DNA from: Alphaproteobacteria bacterium
Lineage (GTDB): Bacteria > Pseudomonadota > Alphaproteobacteria > SHVV01
Assembly: GCA_965261735.1 (NCBI GenBank)
Contig: OZ253470.1
Span: forward strand, 2,752,001-2,816,000
Length of the DNA: 64,000 nucleotides
Reading direction: 5' to 3'
Shown: positions 1-11,159 of the stretch, in pieces
How the letters are laid out: each line of letters opens with the position of its first letter
Position numbering within the stretch: position 1 is the first letter of the stretch
Position numbers and translations under genes: made by a program
Notes under the pieces: model-generated
Databases searched by the model: none
Told to the model about the DNA's origin: nothing
What the model saw: the letters and a program-made list of their open reading frames with translations, nothing else

Positions 1-265
1 CGGCCCCGGCCTTCGGGCGTGCGCGCGGATCCCCCTCCAGCGCCTCGAGCCGCGCGGCTAGGGCCTCGTTTTCGGCGCGCGCCACCGCCGCCATGGCCTT
101 CACGGCCTCGAACTCCTCGCGGGTGACGAGGTCCATGTTGGCGAGGATACGCTCGAACTGTTGACGCAGGCGCGTACTCACGTCGCCGCGCACGTTCTGC
201 AGCGTCCCCACGACGCTCGCGGCGACGCGGGCGAAATCATCGAGAAATCGGTTGTCGGTCTGCAT
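1..265 (-). CDS. ubiK: Accessory factor UbiK/BMFP family protein (3' end runs off the window)
   Basis: Hand translation from ATG 265: MQTDNRFLDDFARVAASVVG...LANMDLVTREEFEAVKAMA...EALAARLEALE. The LVTREEFE motif and the position divergent from lgt are typical. Not in the supplied ORF track. Confidence 0.85.
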   Translation of the reverse strand, partial: MQTDNRFLDDFARVAASVVGTLQNVRGDVSTRLRQQFERILANMDLVTREEFEAVKAMAAVARAENEALAARLEALEGDPRARPKAGA

Positions 266-383
266 CGTATGGCGCCCACGATACGGGCGATACCGGGTCG
301 CGCGCAAGGCCCCGCCCGGCCCGCTTGGCGGCCCGGCTTGCGGCCGTGCCGGCGCGCGCCTATAACGAGACGCCCGACGCGTT

Positions 384-1232
384 ATGCAAGCGCCGGCGCC
401 GCAGGCCCCGATGGTTGCGCTCGCTCCCCTGCCCGTCATCGCCTTCCCCGCCATCGACCCCGTGCTCATCGAGCTCGGGCCGTTTGCGATCCGCTGGTAC
501 GCGCTCGCCTATATCGCCAGCCTGCTGCTGGGCTGGCGATACGTATCCCGCTTGGCGCGCCTCCCGGGCGCCGCCATGGACGGGCGCGAGGTCGATGAGT
601 TTCTGGTGTGGGCGACCCTGGGCGTGGTGCTCGGCGGGCGCCTCGGCTTCGCGTTGTTCTACAACAGCGCCTACTACGCGGGCGACCCACTGGCACTCCT
701 CATGATATGGCGCGGTGGCATGTCGTTTCATGGCGGCCTGCTCGGCGTCACCGCGGCGCTCGTCCTCTTCGCCTACCGCCGCCAACTCAACCTTCTCGGC
801 ATCGCCGACCTCATTGCCTGCGCGACGCCCATCGGCCTGTTCCTCGGCCGCCTCGCCAACTTCGTCAACGGCGAGCTCTACGGTCGCGCGAGCGACGCGC
901 CGTGGGCGATGGTGTTTCCCGCGGGCGGGCCGGCGCCGCGCCACCCGAGCCAGCTCTACGAGGCGGCGCTCGAGGGCCTCGCCCTGTTCGTGCTCTTGCG
1001 GTGGGTGTCGCGACGGCCCGCGCTGTTCGCGCGGCGCGGCCTGCTCACTGGCGCCTTCCTCGCGGGCTACGGCGTCGTACGGCCCGCTGGCGAGCTCTTC
1101 CGCGAGCCCGACGCGTATCTCGGCTTCCTGTTTGCCGGCGTCACCATAGGCCAGCTGCTGTCGCTGCCCCTGCTTATTGCGGGGGCCTATCTCATAGCGC
1201 GCGCCAAGCCCCAAGCCGGAGCCGCCGCGTGA
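384..1232 (+). CDS. lgt: Prolipoprotein diacylglyceryl transferase
   Basis: IRWYALAY, GGMSFHGG, GRLANFVNGELYGR and RHPSQLYEA motifs. True start may be ATG 411. Confidence 0.97.
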   Translation: MQAPAPQAPMVALAPLPVIAFPAIDPVLIELGPFAIRWYALAYIASLLLGWRYVSRLARLPGAAMDGREVDEFLVWATLGVVLGGRLGFALFYNSAYYAGDPLALLMIWRGGMSFHGGLLGVTAALVLFAYRRQLNLLGIADLIACATPIGLFLGRLANFVNGELYGRASDAPWAMVFPAGGPAPRHPSQLYEAALEGLALFVLLRWVSRRPALFARRGLLTGAFLAGYGVVRPAGELFREPDAYLGFLFAGVTIGQLLSLPLLIAGAYLIARAKPQAGAAA

Positions 1233-2329
1233 GCGCCCTCGGCCGCGAGCTCGTGGCCCTCATTCGCGCCGAAGGGCCCATCAGCGTCGCCCGCTTCATG
1301 ACGGAAGCGCTCGCCCATCCGCGCCACGGCTACTACATGAGGGGCGATCCGCTGGGGCAGGAAGGCGATTTCATCACCGCTCCCGAGGTCAGCCAGGTTT
1401 TTGGCGAGCTCGTCGGCCTGTGGTGCGCGGAGCGTTGGGCCGCCATGGGTCGCCCGACGCACATCAAGCTCGTCGAACTCGGCCCAGGACGCGGCACGCT
1501 GATCGCCGACGCATGGCGCGCGATGGGCGCCCAGGCGGGTCTGCACGCGGCCATCGAGCTGCACCTGGTGGAGATCGGTCCGGCGCTGGTTGCGCGACAG
1601 CGCGACGCGCTCGCGCACGCGGCCCCGCCGGTCACGCCGGCTTGGCACGAGCATTTCGCCGCGGTGCCGCCCGGCCCGCTGCTGGTGATCGCGAACGAGT
1701 TCTTCGATGCGCTGCCCGTGCATCAGCTCCAGCGCACCCGCGCCGGCTGGTGCGAGCGTCGCATCGGCGCCTCGCCCGACGGCGAGCGCCTAGGCTTCGC
1801 CCTGGCGCCGGAACCGAGCGGCGGGAGGCTCGTCCGCGCCGACGCACGCGACGCGCCGCTCGGCAGCGTCTACGAGGCGAGCCTCGCCGGCCGGGCGCTG
1901 GCCGCCGACATCGGCGCGCGCGTGACCGAGTTCGGCGGCGCCGCGCTCGTTATCGACTGCGGCTACACCGACGGCGGCCCGCGCGAGACATTGCAGGCGG
2001 TGCGCCGTCACCGGGGTCACCCCGTGCTCGAGGCGCCGGGTTCGGCCGACGTCTGTGCGCTCGTTGATTTCGCGGCATTGGCTGAGGCGGCCACGGCGGC
2101 CGGCGCCCACGTGCATGGCCCCGTGGAGCAGGGTAAATTCCTGACCGCGCTCGGGGCCACGGCCCGCGTCGCCGCCCTCAAGAAGAGGGCGTGCCGGGGT
2201 CAGCTCGACGAGCTCGACGCCGCGCACGCACGTTTGACCGACCCAGCCGGGATGGGCAGCCTGTTCAAGGTCATGGCGATCACCGAGCGCGGCCAACCCG
2301 CGCCCGCCGGATTCGAGCGCGATGGCTAA
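1229..2329 (+). CDS. SAM-dependent methyltransferase, MidA/NDUFAF7 family
   Basis: C-terminal part of ORF 608..2329. GTG start overlaps the lgt stop (GTGA). GYY...GDFITAPEVSQVFGE, VELGPGRGTL and ANEFFDALP motifs. Confidence 0.92.
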   Translation: MSALGRELVALIRAEGPISVARFMTEALAHPRHGYYMRGDPLGQEGDFITAPEVSQVFGELVGLWCAERWAAMGRPTHIKLVELGPGRGTLIADAWRAMGAQAGLHAAIELHLVEIGPALVARQRDALAHAAPPVTPAWHEHFAAVPPGPLLVIANEFFDALPVHQLQRTRAGWCERRIGASPDGERLGFALAPEPSGGRLVRADARDAPLGSVYEASLAGRALAADIGARVTEFGGAALVIDCGYTDGGPRETLQAVRRHRGHPVLEAPGSADVCALVDFAALAEAATAAGAHVHGPVEQGKFLTALGATARVAALKKRACRGQLDELDAAHARLTDPAGMGSLFKVMAITERGQPAPAGFERDG

Positions 2330-3107
2330 AGGGCGGCTTTGCGTCCGCGGCGCGTCGCTGAGCGAGGTCGCGGTCGCGCGCCATGGCTTCTCCACCCGCG
2401 TCGGCGGCGTCTCCGAGGGCGACTACGAATCGCTCAACTGCGGCCTCGAATCGGGCGATCGGCCCGAGCGTGTGGTCGTGAACCGCGCACGCGCCGCGCG
2501 CGACGTCGACGCGGACGCTGGAGCCCTGTGCACCGCGCGCCAGCACCATGGAACCACCGTCGTCACCGTGCACGAGGCCTGGGCGGACGCGGCGCGGCCT
2601 CCCGCCGATGCCTTGGTAACGGCGGTCCCCAGCTTGGCGCTCGGCGTGCTTACCGCCGACTGCGCGCCCGTACTGCTAGCGGAACCGGACGCCCGCGTGA
2701 TCGGCGCCGTTCACGCCGGCTGGCGCGGTGCCCTCGGGGGCGTCATCGAGGCCGCCGTGGTGGCGATGGCGCGGCTCGGGGCCCGGCCGCAGCGTATCGT
2801 CGCCGCCGTCGGCCCCTGCATCGCGCAGGCTTCCTATGAGGTAGGGCCCGAGTTTCCGGCCCCCTTCCTTGCCGATGACCCGGCCGCGGCGGCGCTGTTC
2901 GTGCCGGCTGCGAAGGACGGCCACTTCAGGTTCGATCTCGCGGCCTACGTGGCGCGTCGGCTCGCGGCGGCCGGCATAGCGACGATCGAGAACCTCGGCC
3001 TCGACACCTGCACCGAGGAGGCGCGTTTCTTCAGCTATCGCCGGGCCCGGCAGCGCCGCCAGCAGCGCTTCGGCCTCGGCCTCTCGGCCATCGTGTTGGC
3101 GCCATGA
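2322..3107 (+). CDS. pgeF: Peptidoglycan editing factor PgeF / YfiH-like purine nucleoside phosphorylase
   Basis: HGFSTRVGGVS, LTADCAPVL, HAGWRG, GPCI and FFSYRR motifs. Confidence 0.93.
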   Translation: MAKGRLCVRGASLSEVAVARHGFSTRVGGVSEGDYESLNCGLESGDRPERVVVNRARAARDVDADAGALCTARQHHGTTVVTVHEAWADAARPPADALVTAVPSLALGVLTADCAPVLLAEPDARVIGAVHAGWRGALGGVIEAAVVAMARLGARPQRIVAAVGPCIAQASYEVGPEFPAPFLADDPAAAALFVPAAKDGHFRFDLAAYVARRLAAAGIATIENLGLDTCTEEARFFSYRRARQRRQQRFGLGLSAIVLAP

Positions 3108-3186
3108 CCGGGGCAGGCTGATGCCTTATGCATGGATGTTTCTCGCCTTTCTGTTCCTCGGCCTGCTCGCGACCTGCGCCCTCTAG

Positions 3187-4833
3187 GAGCGTGCGCCGTA
3201 GAAGTTTTGATGTTGGGCGATTGGCGCGCGGCCGCCGGAGAGGTGGGATTTTGGCCCGAGTGTGGATATCTGGCCCGCCCGACTCTGGGATGGAAATCCC
3301 AGACCGGAAGGCCGGAAGGGAAGAGATTCGCGTTTCATACGCGGTCGATGGGCACTGCGCGCCCCGGATCAAGTGCGTTGGCAGGCCAGCACCTGCCTCA
3401 GCACGTGGCCACCGTCCCCATCCGCTTGATGTTCAACGCCAAGCACACGAGGTCCCACTCGCCGCGCACCTTCGCCAAGCCTCGCAGGCTGAATCGTCGG
3501 AATCCGAGCACCTCCTTGATCCACCCGTTCGGCGCCTCCGAGAGCCACTTGCGTTGCGCGTACCGGGCTTTGCCCGCGGGGCTCGCCAGTTTCTCACCCA
3601 TGCGGTGCGTGGCAGGGAGCCGGGCCGGGTCGACCGCCACCTGGGACTTGCCTTCACGCCCCAGCGCTACGTGCGCGTCGATGCCGCGATCTTCCAGCTC
3701 CAACAGATCCGGCTCGTTGCAGTAGCCCGCATCGGCCAGTACCACCGCAGGCTCGACCCCAAACGTCTCGTTGATCTCGTCGAGCATCCCCACCAGCTGA
3801 CCCTGGTCGCTGGCCTGTGGCCCCACCTGAGTCGCGACGATGATCTGGTGCTCCCCATCGACCGCCATCTGCGCGTTGTAGCACTGCTGGAACCCCTCGC
3901 TGCTGGTCTTCATGATCTGGCTCTCGGGATCGGTGAAATTGCTCTGCGCCTTCGGCTCGGGCTCGCCGTAGGCCCGCTTGTAAGGCCGCCCGCCCCGGGG
4001 ATTGCGGTCCTGCCCCGGCTCGCGCCCGCGCTCATCGTCGCGCCCGCGTTGCGCCGCCTCCAAACGCGCTTTGGCTGCCTGGATCGCCGCCAGGCGCTTC
4101 TCCCTGCGTTGCAACTCCTCGGGCAACTCGTCGCCCCGGAAATCCTCGCCCCAACGCTCGTCTTCTTCGGCGTCCACCATCCCCGCCGTCGTCAGCAGCG
4201 CCTCGATCTCCGCCTGCAAGCGAGCCGCCTCTTTGCCCATCCGCTCATAGCTCATCGCCTTGCGCTTGCTCGCGTTCGCTCGCACCTTCGTCCCGTCGAC
4301 CGAGAGCTTGCCGAACCGCGCCAGTCCCATCTCGCGCGCCACCTGCACCACCCCCACAAACAGCTCGCTGAACTCCGCCAGATGTCGGCGTCGGAACTCA
4401 CATACCGTGCGATGTTGCGGGAAGTTGCCCGCCGCGAGCATCCTAAACGCTACATCCTCCTCCAGCTTCCTCGCCACCGCGCGCGAGGAGAATGTGCCCG
4501 TCGCGTAGGCATAGATCAGCACCTTGACCATCATCGACGGCTCGTAGGGGGCGTTGCGTCGACCGTCCCCCTCGTAGGGCGCATAGAACGCCGTCAAGTC
4601 CAGTGCATCGACCACATCGCTGACGTGATGAGCCAGGTGCCCTGGGGAAACCCACTCCTGCAAGTCCGGCGGCAAAAGCAAGGGTTGGTCCGGCTGGTAG
4701 GCACGAAACGTGGTCGGCATCGGGAGTTCCCACACGCAACTGGCGTATCGGATCATACTTCCCCCTGCGCAAATCCACCCACAACCCGTCCGCTATCAAC
4801 TTTGCCGCGCGGACCTTTCTGCGGCGCACGCTC
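3187..4833 (-). mobile_element. IS1182-family insertion sequence, apparently intact
   Basis: 17-bp terminal inverted repeats GAGCGTGCGCCG(T/C)AGAA at 3187-3203 and 4817-4833. CTAG flanks both ends (3183-3186, 4834-4837). Confidence 0.9.
3398..4720 (-). CDS. IS1182-family transposase
   Basis: MPTTFRAYQPDQPLLLPPDL, YAYATGTFSSR, SVDGTKVRANAS, NFTDPESQIM, LADAGY and IKEVLGFRRFSLRGL motifs. Confidence 0.93.
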   Translation of the reverse strand: MPTTFRAYQPDQPLLLPPDLQEWVSPGHLAHHVSDVVDALDLTAFYAPYEGDGRRNAPYEPSMMVKVLIYAYATGTFSSRAVARKLEEDVAFRMLAAGNFPQHRTVCEFRRRHLAEFSELFVGVVQVAREMGLARFGKLSVDGTKVRANASKRKAMSYERMGKEAARLQAEIEALLTTAGMVDAEEDERWGEDFRGDELPEELQRREKRLAAIQAAKARLEAAQRGRDDERGREPGQDRNPRGGRPYKRAYGEPEPKAQSNFTDPESQIMKTSSEGFQQCYNAQMAVDGEHQIIVATQVGPQASDQGQLVGMLDEINETFGVEPAVVLADAGYCNEPDLLELEDRGIDAHVALGREGKSQVAVDPARLPATHRMGEKLASPAGKARYAQRKWLSEAPNGWIKEVLGFRRFSLRGLAKVRGEWDLVCLALNIKRMGTVATC

Positions 4834-4961
4834 CTAGGGCGGGTGAAGGCCCCATTTACAGGTCGGAGCGCCCTTGTTACAGTCCGCCGCGCCAGCGCGA
4901 GCATACGATCTCATCGTGCGCCTGAGCGACGCCGGCAGCCCACATCGAGAAGGACGCGCGG

Positions 4962-5894
<933 letters not shown>

Positions 5895-5936
5895 CGGCGC
5901 GGCTTCGGCACGTTTGAGCAAGGTGGAGGAAGGGCA

Positions 5937-6605
5937 ATGGACGAGGTAGTAGCGATCACGGCGCAACCGCGCGATTCCGCCGGGCGCGGCGTATCGCGCG
6001 CGCTCCGGCGGGCGGGGCGAATTCCCGCAATTGTTTACGGCGGCGACCAGAACAACCTGCTGGTGTCGGTCGAGCTGCGCCAGCTCGCGCGCGAGATCCA
6101 TCGCGGCGGCTTCGGCAACCGGCTCTACGACGTCGAGATCGCCGGCGAAAAGCATCGCGTGCTGCCGCGCGAGTTGCAGGTCGATCCGGTCACCGACGTG
6201 CCCGTCCACGTCGACTTTCTACGCCTCTCGGGAGCCGCCCGTGTGAACCTCATGGTACCGATGGTCTTTATCGATGAGGAGGGATCGCCCGGCCTGAAGC
6301 GTGGCGGCGTGCTCAACGTCGTGCGCTACGATGTCGAGTTCGAGTGCCGCGCCGACGCCATTCCGCAAAGCATCGTGGTCTCACTCGACGGCCTCGATAT
6401 CGGCGACAGCGTGCATATCCGCGACGTCACCCTGCCCGAAGGGGTGCGACCGACCATCTCCGATCGCAACTTCACCGTGGCGACCATCGCGGCACCGACC
6501 GTCCAGGTCGAGGAGGAGGTCGAGGAAGTCGAGGAGGAGGAAGGCATCGAGGGCGAAGCCGTCGAGGGCGAGGGCGAGGCCGAGGCCGAATCGGCGGAAG
6601 AATAG
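5937..6605 (+). CDS. rplY: 50S ribosomal protein L25 / general stress protein Ctc
   Basis: RAGRIPAIVYG, QVDPVTDVPVHVDF and SPGLKRGGVLN motifs, acidic tail, prs-rplY-pth order. Confidence 0.97.
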   Translation: MDEVVAITAQPRDSAGRGVSRALRRAGRIPAIVYGGDQNNLLVSVELRQLAREIHRGGFGNRLYDVEIAGEKHRVLPRELQVDPVTDVPVHVDFLRLSGAARVNLMVPMVFIDEEGSPGLKRGGVLNVVRYDVEFECRADAIPQSIVVSLDGLDIGDSVHIRDVTLPEGVRPTISDRNFTVATIAAPTVQVEEEVEEVEEEEGIEGEAVEGEGEAEAESAEE

Positions 6606-6614
6606 GCGCGCCCC

Positions 6615-7223
6615 ATGCTCTGTTTCGTCGGGCTCGGCAATCCCGGGCCCGAGCACGCCCGCAACCGCCACAACATCGGCTTCATGGCGCTCGACGCGAT
6701 CGCCCATCGCTACGGGTTCGCGAGCTTTCGCGCACGCTTTCACGGCCTCCTCGCCCAGGGCACCATCGGTGGACGCTCGTGCTTCGCCTTCAAGCCGGTG
6801 ACCTACATGAACCGTTCGGGCATAGCCGTCGGCGCGCTGGTACGGTTTTTCCGTATTCCGCTCGGCGAGGTCGTCGTCTTCCATGACGAGATCGACCTCG
6901 CACCCGGCAAGGTGCGGGCCAAGCGCGGCGGCGGCAACGCCGGGCACAACGGATTGCGCAGTCTCGACGCCCACCTCGGTCCCGGCTACCGGCGCGTCCG
7001 CCTCGGCGTGGGCCATCCGGGCGAGAAGGACCGGGTTCATGGCCACGTCCTCAAGAACTTCGGTAAGGCGGAAGGCGTGTGGGTCGAACCGTTGATCGAT
7101 GCGGTCGCCGAGGCGGCGCCGCTGCTCGCGCTCGGCGACGACCCCGGCTTCATGACCCGGGTCGCGCTGCTCACCCAGCCACCAAAGAAAGAACCGCGGG
7201 CCGAAGCCGAAGTCGGCGCCTGA
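6615..7223 (+). CDS. pth: Peptidyl-tRNA hydrolase
   Basis: VGLGNPG, NRHNIGF, KPVTYMNRSG, HDEID and GGNAGHNGLRS motifs. Confidence 0.97.
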   Translation: MLCFVGLGNPGPEHARNRHNIGFMALDAIAHRYGFASFRARFHGLLAQGTIGGRSCFAFKPVTYMNRSGIAVGALVRFFRIPLGEVVVFHDEIDLAPGKVRAKRGGGNAGHNGLRSLDAHLGPGYRRVRLGVGHPGEKDRVHGHVLKNFGKAEGVWVEPLIDAVAEAAPLLALGDDPGFMTRVALLTQPPKKEPRAEAEVGA

Positions 7224-7239
7224 GCCGCGGGCCGGCGCC

Positions 7240-8337
7240 ATGGGGTTTCGCTGCGGCATCGTAGGGCTGCCCAACGCCGGCAAGTCGACGCTGTTCAACG
7301 CACTCGCCGGTAGCGCGGCGGCGGCGACCGCGGCCTACCCCTTCTCGACGATCGAGCCCAACCTGGCCCGCGTTCCCGTACCCGATGACCGGCTCGAGGC
7401 GGTGGCACGGGTCGCGCACTCGAGGCGCATCGTCCCCGCCCATCTCGACATCGTCGACATCGCCGGCCTGGTGCGCGGTGCGAGCCGGGGCGAGGGACTA
7501 GGCAACCGGTTCCTTACCCACATCCGCGAAGTCGACGCGCTGATCCATGTACTGCGCTGTTTCGAGGATGCCGAGGTGTCCCACGCGACGGGCCCAGTCG
7601 ATCCCGTGGGCGACGCCGAGATCGTTGAAGCCGAGCTGCTGCTCGCCGATCTCGAGCGTCTCGAGCGGCGCATCGCGGACTACACCAAGAAGGCGCGCGG
7701 CGGTGATGGGGAGGCGCGCACGGCGCTGGTGGTGGCCGAGCGCGCACTGGAGGAGATCGGTGCCGGCAGGCCGGCGCGCGGCATCGCCGTACCTGCCAGC
7801 GAAGAGAAAGCCTACGCCGAGCTCCAGCTGCTGACCGCCAAGCCTGTGCTTTACGTATGCAATATCGGTGAGGGCGATTTGCCGGGCAACGAGCTATCGC
7901 GGCACGGTGAGGCTTGGGCGCGCGAGGCGGGGTCGCCGGCTCTCGTGATCTCGGCGGCGGTCGAGGCCGAAGTGGCGCGGCTCGACGAGAAAGCGGAGCG
8001 CATCGCCTATTTGCAGGCGATAGGGCTCGCGGCGGCCGGCCTCGATCGCATTATCCGCGCTGGTTACGCGCTCCTCGACTACATCACGTTCTTTACCGCT
8101 AACGACAAGGAGGCGCGCGCCTGGCCGCTACCGCGTGGGGCGAGCGCGCGCGATGCGGCTGGGCGGGTACACAGCGACTTTGCGCGCGCCTTCATCCGCG
8201 CGGAGACCATTTCCTTCGATGACTTTCTCGCCTGCGGCGGCGAGACCGGCGCACGCGAGGCCGGAAAAATGCGCAGCGAGGGCCGCGATTACGTGGTCGC
8301 CGACGGCGACCTCCTGCTGTTTCGCGCCAACCCCTAG
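7240..8337 (+). CDS. ychF: Redox-regulated ATPase YchF
   Basis: GIVGLPNAGKSTLFNAL, DIAGLVRGASRGEGLGNRFL and EGRDYVVADGD motifs. Confidence 0.97.
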   Translation: MGFRCGIVGLPNAGKSTLFNALAGSAAAATAAYPFSTIEPNLARVPVPDDRLEAVARVAHSRRIVPAHLDIVDIAGLVRGASRGEGLGNRFLTHIREVDALIHVLRCFEDAEVSHATGPVDPVGDAEIVEAELLLADLERLERRIADYTKKARGGDGEARTALVVAERALEEIGAGRPARGIAVPASEEKAYAELQLLTAKPVLYVCNIGEGDLPGNELSRHGEAWAREAGSPALVISAAVEAEVARLDEKAERIAYLQAIGLAAAGLDRIIRAGYALLDYITFFTANDKEARAWPLPRGASARDAAGRVHSDFARAFIRAETISFDDFLACGGETGAREAGKMRSEGRDYVVADGDLLLFRANP

Positions 8338-8417
8338 CCTCCTACCGCCTCGCCGCCTGTCGCACGCGCCCCTGCACGATGCTATAGTGGCGGCAAAACT
8401 CACTGAAAGGGAGGGTC

Positions 8418-9086
8418 ATGGGCGAACACATCACATTGAAGGCGGACGACGGCTTCGAGCTCGGCGGCTACGAGGCCAAGCCGACGGGCGAGACGAAGGG
8501 TCGCGTCGTCGTGATCCAGGAGATCTTCGGCGTCAACCAGCACATCCGCAACGTCTGCGACCGTTATACCAACGCGGGATACCGGGCCGTGGCACCCGCC
8601 ATCTACGACCGCGCCCAACGTGGCTTCGAGTCAGGCTACGACGAGCAGGGTATGGATCAGGGGCGGGCGGTGCGCGCCGAGCTCGACATCGACAAGGTGG
8701 TGCTCGACGTCAAGGCGGCGGCCGACTATCTCGGTAACCCCGGCGAGGTCGGTGTCATCGGCTTCTGCTTCGGCGGGCTGGTGACGTGGCTCGCGGCGTG
8801 CCGCCTCGACATGGCGTGCGCGGCGAGCTACTACGGCGGCTCGATCGCGGCGCATGCCGACGAAAACCCGAAATGCCCGACGATCTGTCATTTCGGCGAG
8901 ACCGACCACGCCATTCCGCTGACGGACGTGGAGATCGTGCGCTCGAAGCACCCCGAGGTCGGCGTTTACGTCTACGAGGGTGCGGGCCACGGCTTCGTCT
9001 GCGACGAGCGGGCGAGCTTCGATGCCGGTGCGGAGGCCAAGGCCAAGGAGCGCACGCTGGCGCTGTTCGCCCAGCACCTGAAGTAG
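8418..9086 (+). CDS. Dienelactone hydrolase family protein
   Basis: QEIFGVN, GFCFGG nucleophile motif, YEGAGHGF; RBS GGAGG upstream. Confidence 0.92.
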   Translation: MGEHITLKADDGFELGGYEAKPTGETKGRVVVIQEIFGVNQHIRNVCDRYTNAGYRAVAPAIYDRAQRGFESGYDEQGMDQGRAVRAELDIDKVVLDVKAAADYLGNPGEVGVIGFCFGGLVTWLAACRLDMACAASYYGGSIAAHADENPKCPTICHFGETDHAIPLTDVEIVRSKHPEVGVYVYEGAGHGFVCDERASFDAGAEAKAKERTLALFAQHLK

Positions 9087-9098
9087 CGGGATCAGCGC

Positions 9099-11159
9099 CT
9101 AGCGCAGGGCGGCGGCGATGTTGCCGCCGTCCACGGTGAGCACCGCGCCCGTGGTCTTGGGCGCCAGGGCGAGGCTGACGAAGGCGCGCGCCACGTCCTC
9201 TGGCTTGACCTCGCGCCCGAGCAGGTTTCCCGACATATAGTCGGCCACCGAGACGCCGCGCGCCTTGGCGCGCGCCTCCAGCAGGCCGCCCGCCACCATG
9301 CCGGTGCGCAGGCGGTCGGCGTTGACCGCGCAGCTGCGGATGCCGTCGGCGCCGTAGTCGAGCGCGTACTGGCGCGCGAGGTGCAGGGTCGCCGCCTTGG
9401 GCAGCCCGTAGGGTCCGAAGTCGGGACCCGGGTTGACCGCCTGCTTGGAGGCGTTGAACAGGAGCACCCCGCCCGTCCCCTGCGCCCGCATCACACGGAC
9501 CGCGCTCTGGGCCACGCTCTGGTGGGCGAAGAAGTTGAGCTCGAAGCTCGCCCGCAGGTCTTCCTCCGCGACCTCGCCGATGCGTCCCTGCCAGGCAGCG
9601 CCTGCATTGGAGACGACGATATCGACGCCGCCGAAGGCCGTACACGCGGCATCGAAGGCGGCGCGCACCTGGCCCGACTCCGTCACGTCGCAGGCCACCG
9701 CCAGCGCGCTCGCGCCGATGCCCGCGGCAACACCGCGCGCCGCCGCTTCGTCGATGTCGAGTATCGCGACCTCCGCGCCCTCGGCGGCAAAGGCCTGGAC
9801 CGTCGCGGCGCCGATGCCGCCCCCGCCGCCGGTGACGAGCGCGACATGTCGCGCCAGCGGCTTCTCCGCGCCCTTGCCGAGCTTGGCCTGCTCGAGCGAC
9901 CAGTACTCGATGTCGAACAGGTCGGCCTCACCCACCGGGGCGTAGCGGCCGATGGCCTCGGCCGCCGAGATCACCTCGACGGTCGTCTCGGCGAGGTCGG
10001 CGGCAATGCGCGCGTCTTTCGTCGACGCCCCGAGGCCAAACAGGCCGAGCCCGGGCACCAGAATCACCCGCGGCAGGGCATCGAGCGCCGTCTTGTCGGC
10101 CCCGGTTCGCGCGTTGTGGCGGGCGAAGTAGGCGCCGTAGTCGGCGGCGAAGCGCGCGACCGCGGCCCGGACCTCGGTGGCGAAGGCATCCAGGCCCTCG
10201 ACTTCGGGCGCCGGCACGAACAGCGGTCGGGCCTTGGTGCGGATGACGTGGTCGGGGGTGACGACCCCGGCAGAGGCGTATCGCCCGAGCTCGGCCCCGC
10301 CGACATAGTCGAGGATCGCCGGTGAAGTGCGATACTCCAATATCTGGCGCCGCCACGTGCCTTCACCCTCATCGAGGCAGGCGGCGCAGGCGCCGCGCAG
10401 AATTGGCGCCACGGCAGCGACGGGTGCGAGCGCGCGCGGAAGCGCAGTGCCCGCCACCCGGGTGCGAGCTCCCTTTGCGAGCCGCGCCTCGGCGGCGCTC
10501 ACCAGATCGATCATGCGCTCGTACGACTCCCGCGCATCGGCGCCAAAGGTGAAGATACCGTGCTTGAGCAGGATCAGGCCCTCGACGCCCGGATCCTCGG
10601 CGTGGACGCGGGCCGCCAATTTGGCTAACGCGAAGCCGGGCATGACGTAGGGAACCAGCGCCGCGCGCCCGTCGAACACCTCGGCGCAAAGATTGGCGCC
10701 AGCCTCCTGATCGGACAGCGCCAGCACCGCGTTGGCGTGGCTGTGGTCGATGAACTTGTCGGGCAGGAAGGCGTGCAGCAGCGTCTCGACCGAGGGATTG
10801 GGGGCCGCCGCATCGAGCAGCTGCCCGCGCTGGAGATTGACCATGTCGGCATCACCCAGCGACTCGAGCACGATCAGCTTTTGCAGCGGCGCGAGCCGCA
10901 GCGCCGGCAGGCCGCTCGGCTCGATGGTCGCGAGGTCCCAGCCCGAGCCCTTGACGCAGAGCACCTCGATGCTCGCGCCGGTGAGGTCGGCCATGTGCGT
11001 CTTGACCGAGGTGTTGCCGCCGCCGTGCAGCACGAGGCGCGGATCGCCGCCCAACAGGCGCGAGGTGTAAACCCGGAGCGCGACGTCGCGGTTGACGCCG
11101 CTGCCCTCGTAGTCGGCGACCGCGCGCTCGGCCTCGGTGTCGCTCCAGCGACTCTTCAT
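9099..11159 (-). CDS. Bifunctional class II aldolase / short-chain dehydrogenase fusion (RhaEW-like architecture)
   Basis: Start MKSRWSD overlaps the mtnA stop (ATGA). Aldolase domain: [30 protein letters not shown] domain: [17 protein letters not shown]. Confidence 0.9.
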   Translation of the reverse strand: MKSRWSDTEAERAVADYEGSGVNRDVALRVYTSRLLGGDPRLVLHGGGNTSVKTHMADLTGASIEVLCVKGSGWDLATIEPSGLPALRLAPLQKLIVLESLGDADMVNLQRGQLLDAAAPNPSVETLLHAFLPDKFIDHSHANAVLALSDQEAGANLCAEVFDGRAALVPYVMPGFALAKLAARVHAEDPGVEGLILLKHGIFTFGADARESYERMIDLVSAAEARLAKGARTRVAGTALPRALAPVAAVAPILRGACAACLDEGEGTWRRQILEYRTSPAILDYVGGAELGRYASAGVVTPDHVIRTKARPLFVPAPEVEGLDAFATEVRAAVARFAADYGAYFARHNARTGADKTALDALPRVILVPGLGLFGLGASTKDARIAADLAETTVEVISAAEAIGRYAPVGEADLFDIEYWSLEQAKLGKGAEKPLARHVALVTGGGGGIGAATVQAFAAEGAEVAILDIDEAAARGVAAGIGASALAVACDVTESGQVRAAFDAACTAFGGVDIVVSNAGAAWQGRIGEVAEEDLRASFELNFFAHQSVAQSAVRVMRAQGTGGVLLFNASKQAVNPGPDFGPYGLPKAATLHLARQYALDYGADGIRSCAVNADRLRTGMVAGGLLEARAKARGVSVADYMSGNLLGREVKPEDVARAFVSLALAPKTTGAVLTVDGGNIAAALR

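Noticed and set aside
9099-11159. Rhamnose catabolism locus
   Set aside because: No rhamnose isomerase, kinase, mutarotase or transporter is nearby, and the gene is coupled to mtnA. A role in trans cannot be fully excluded.
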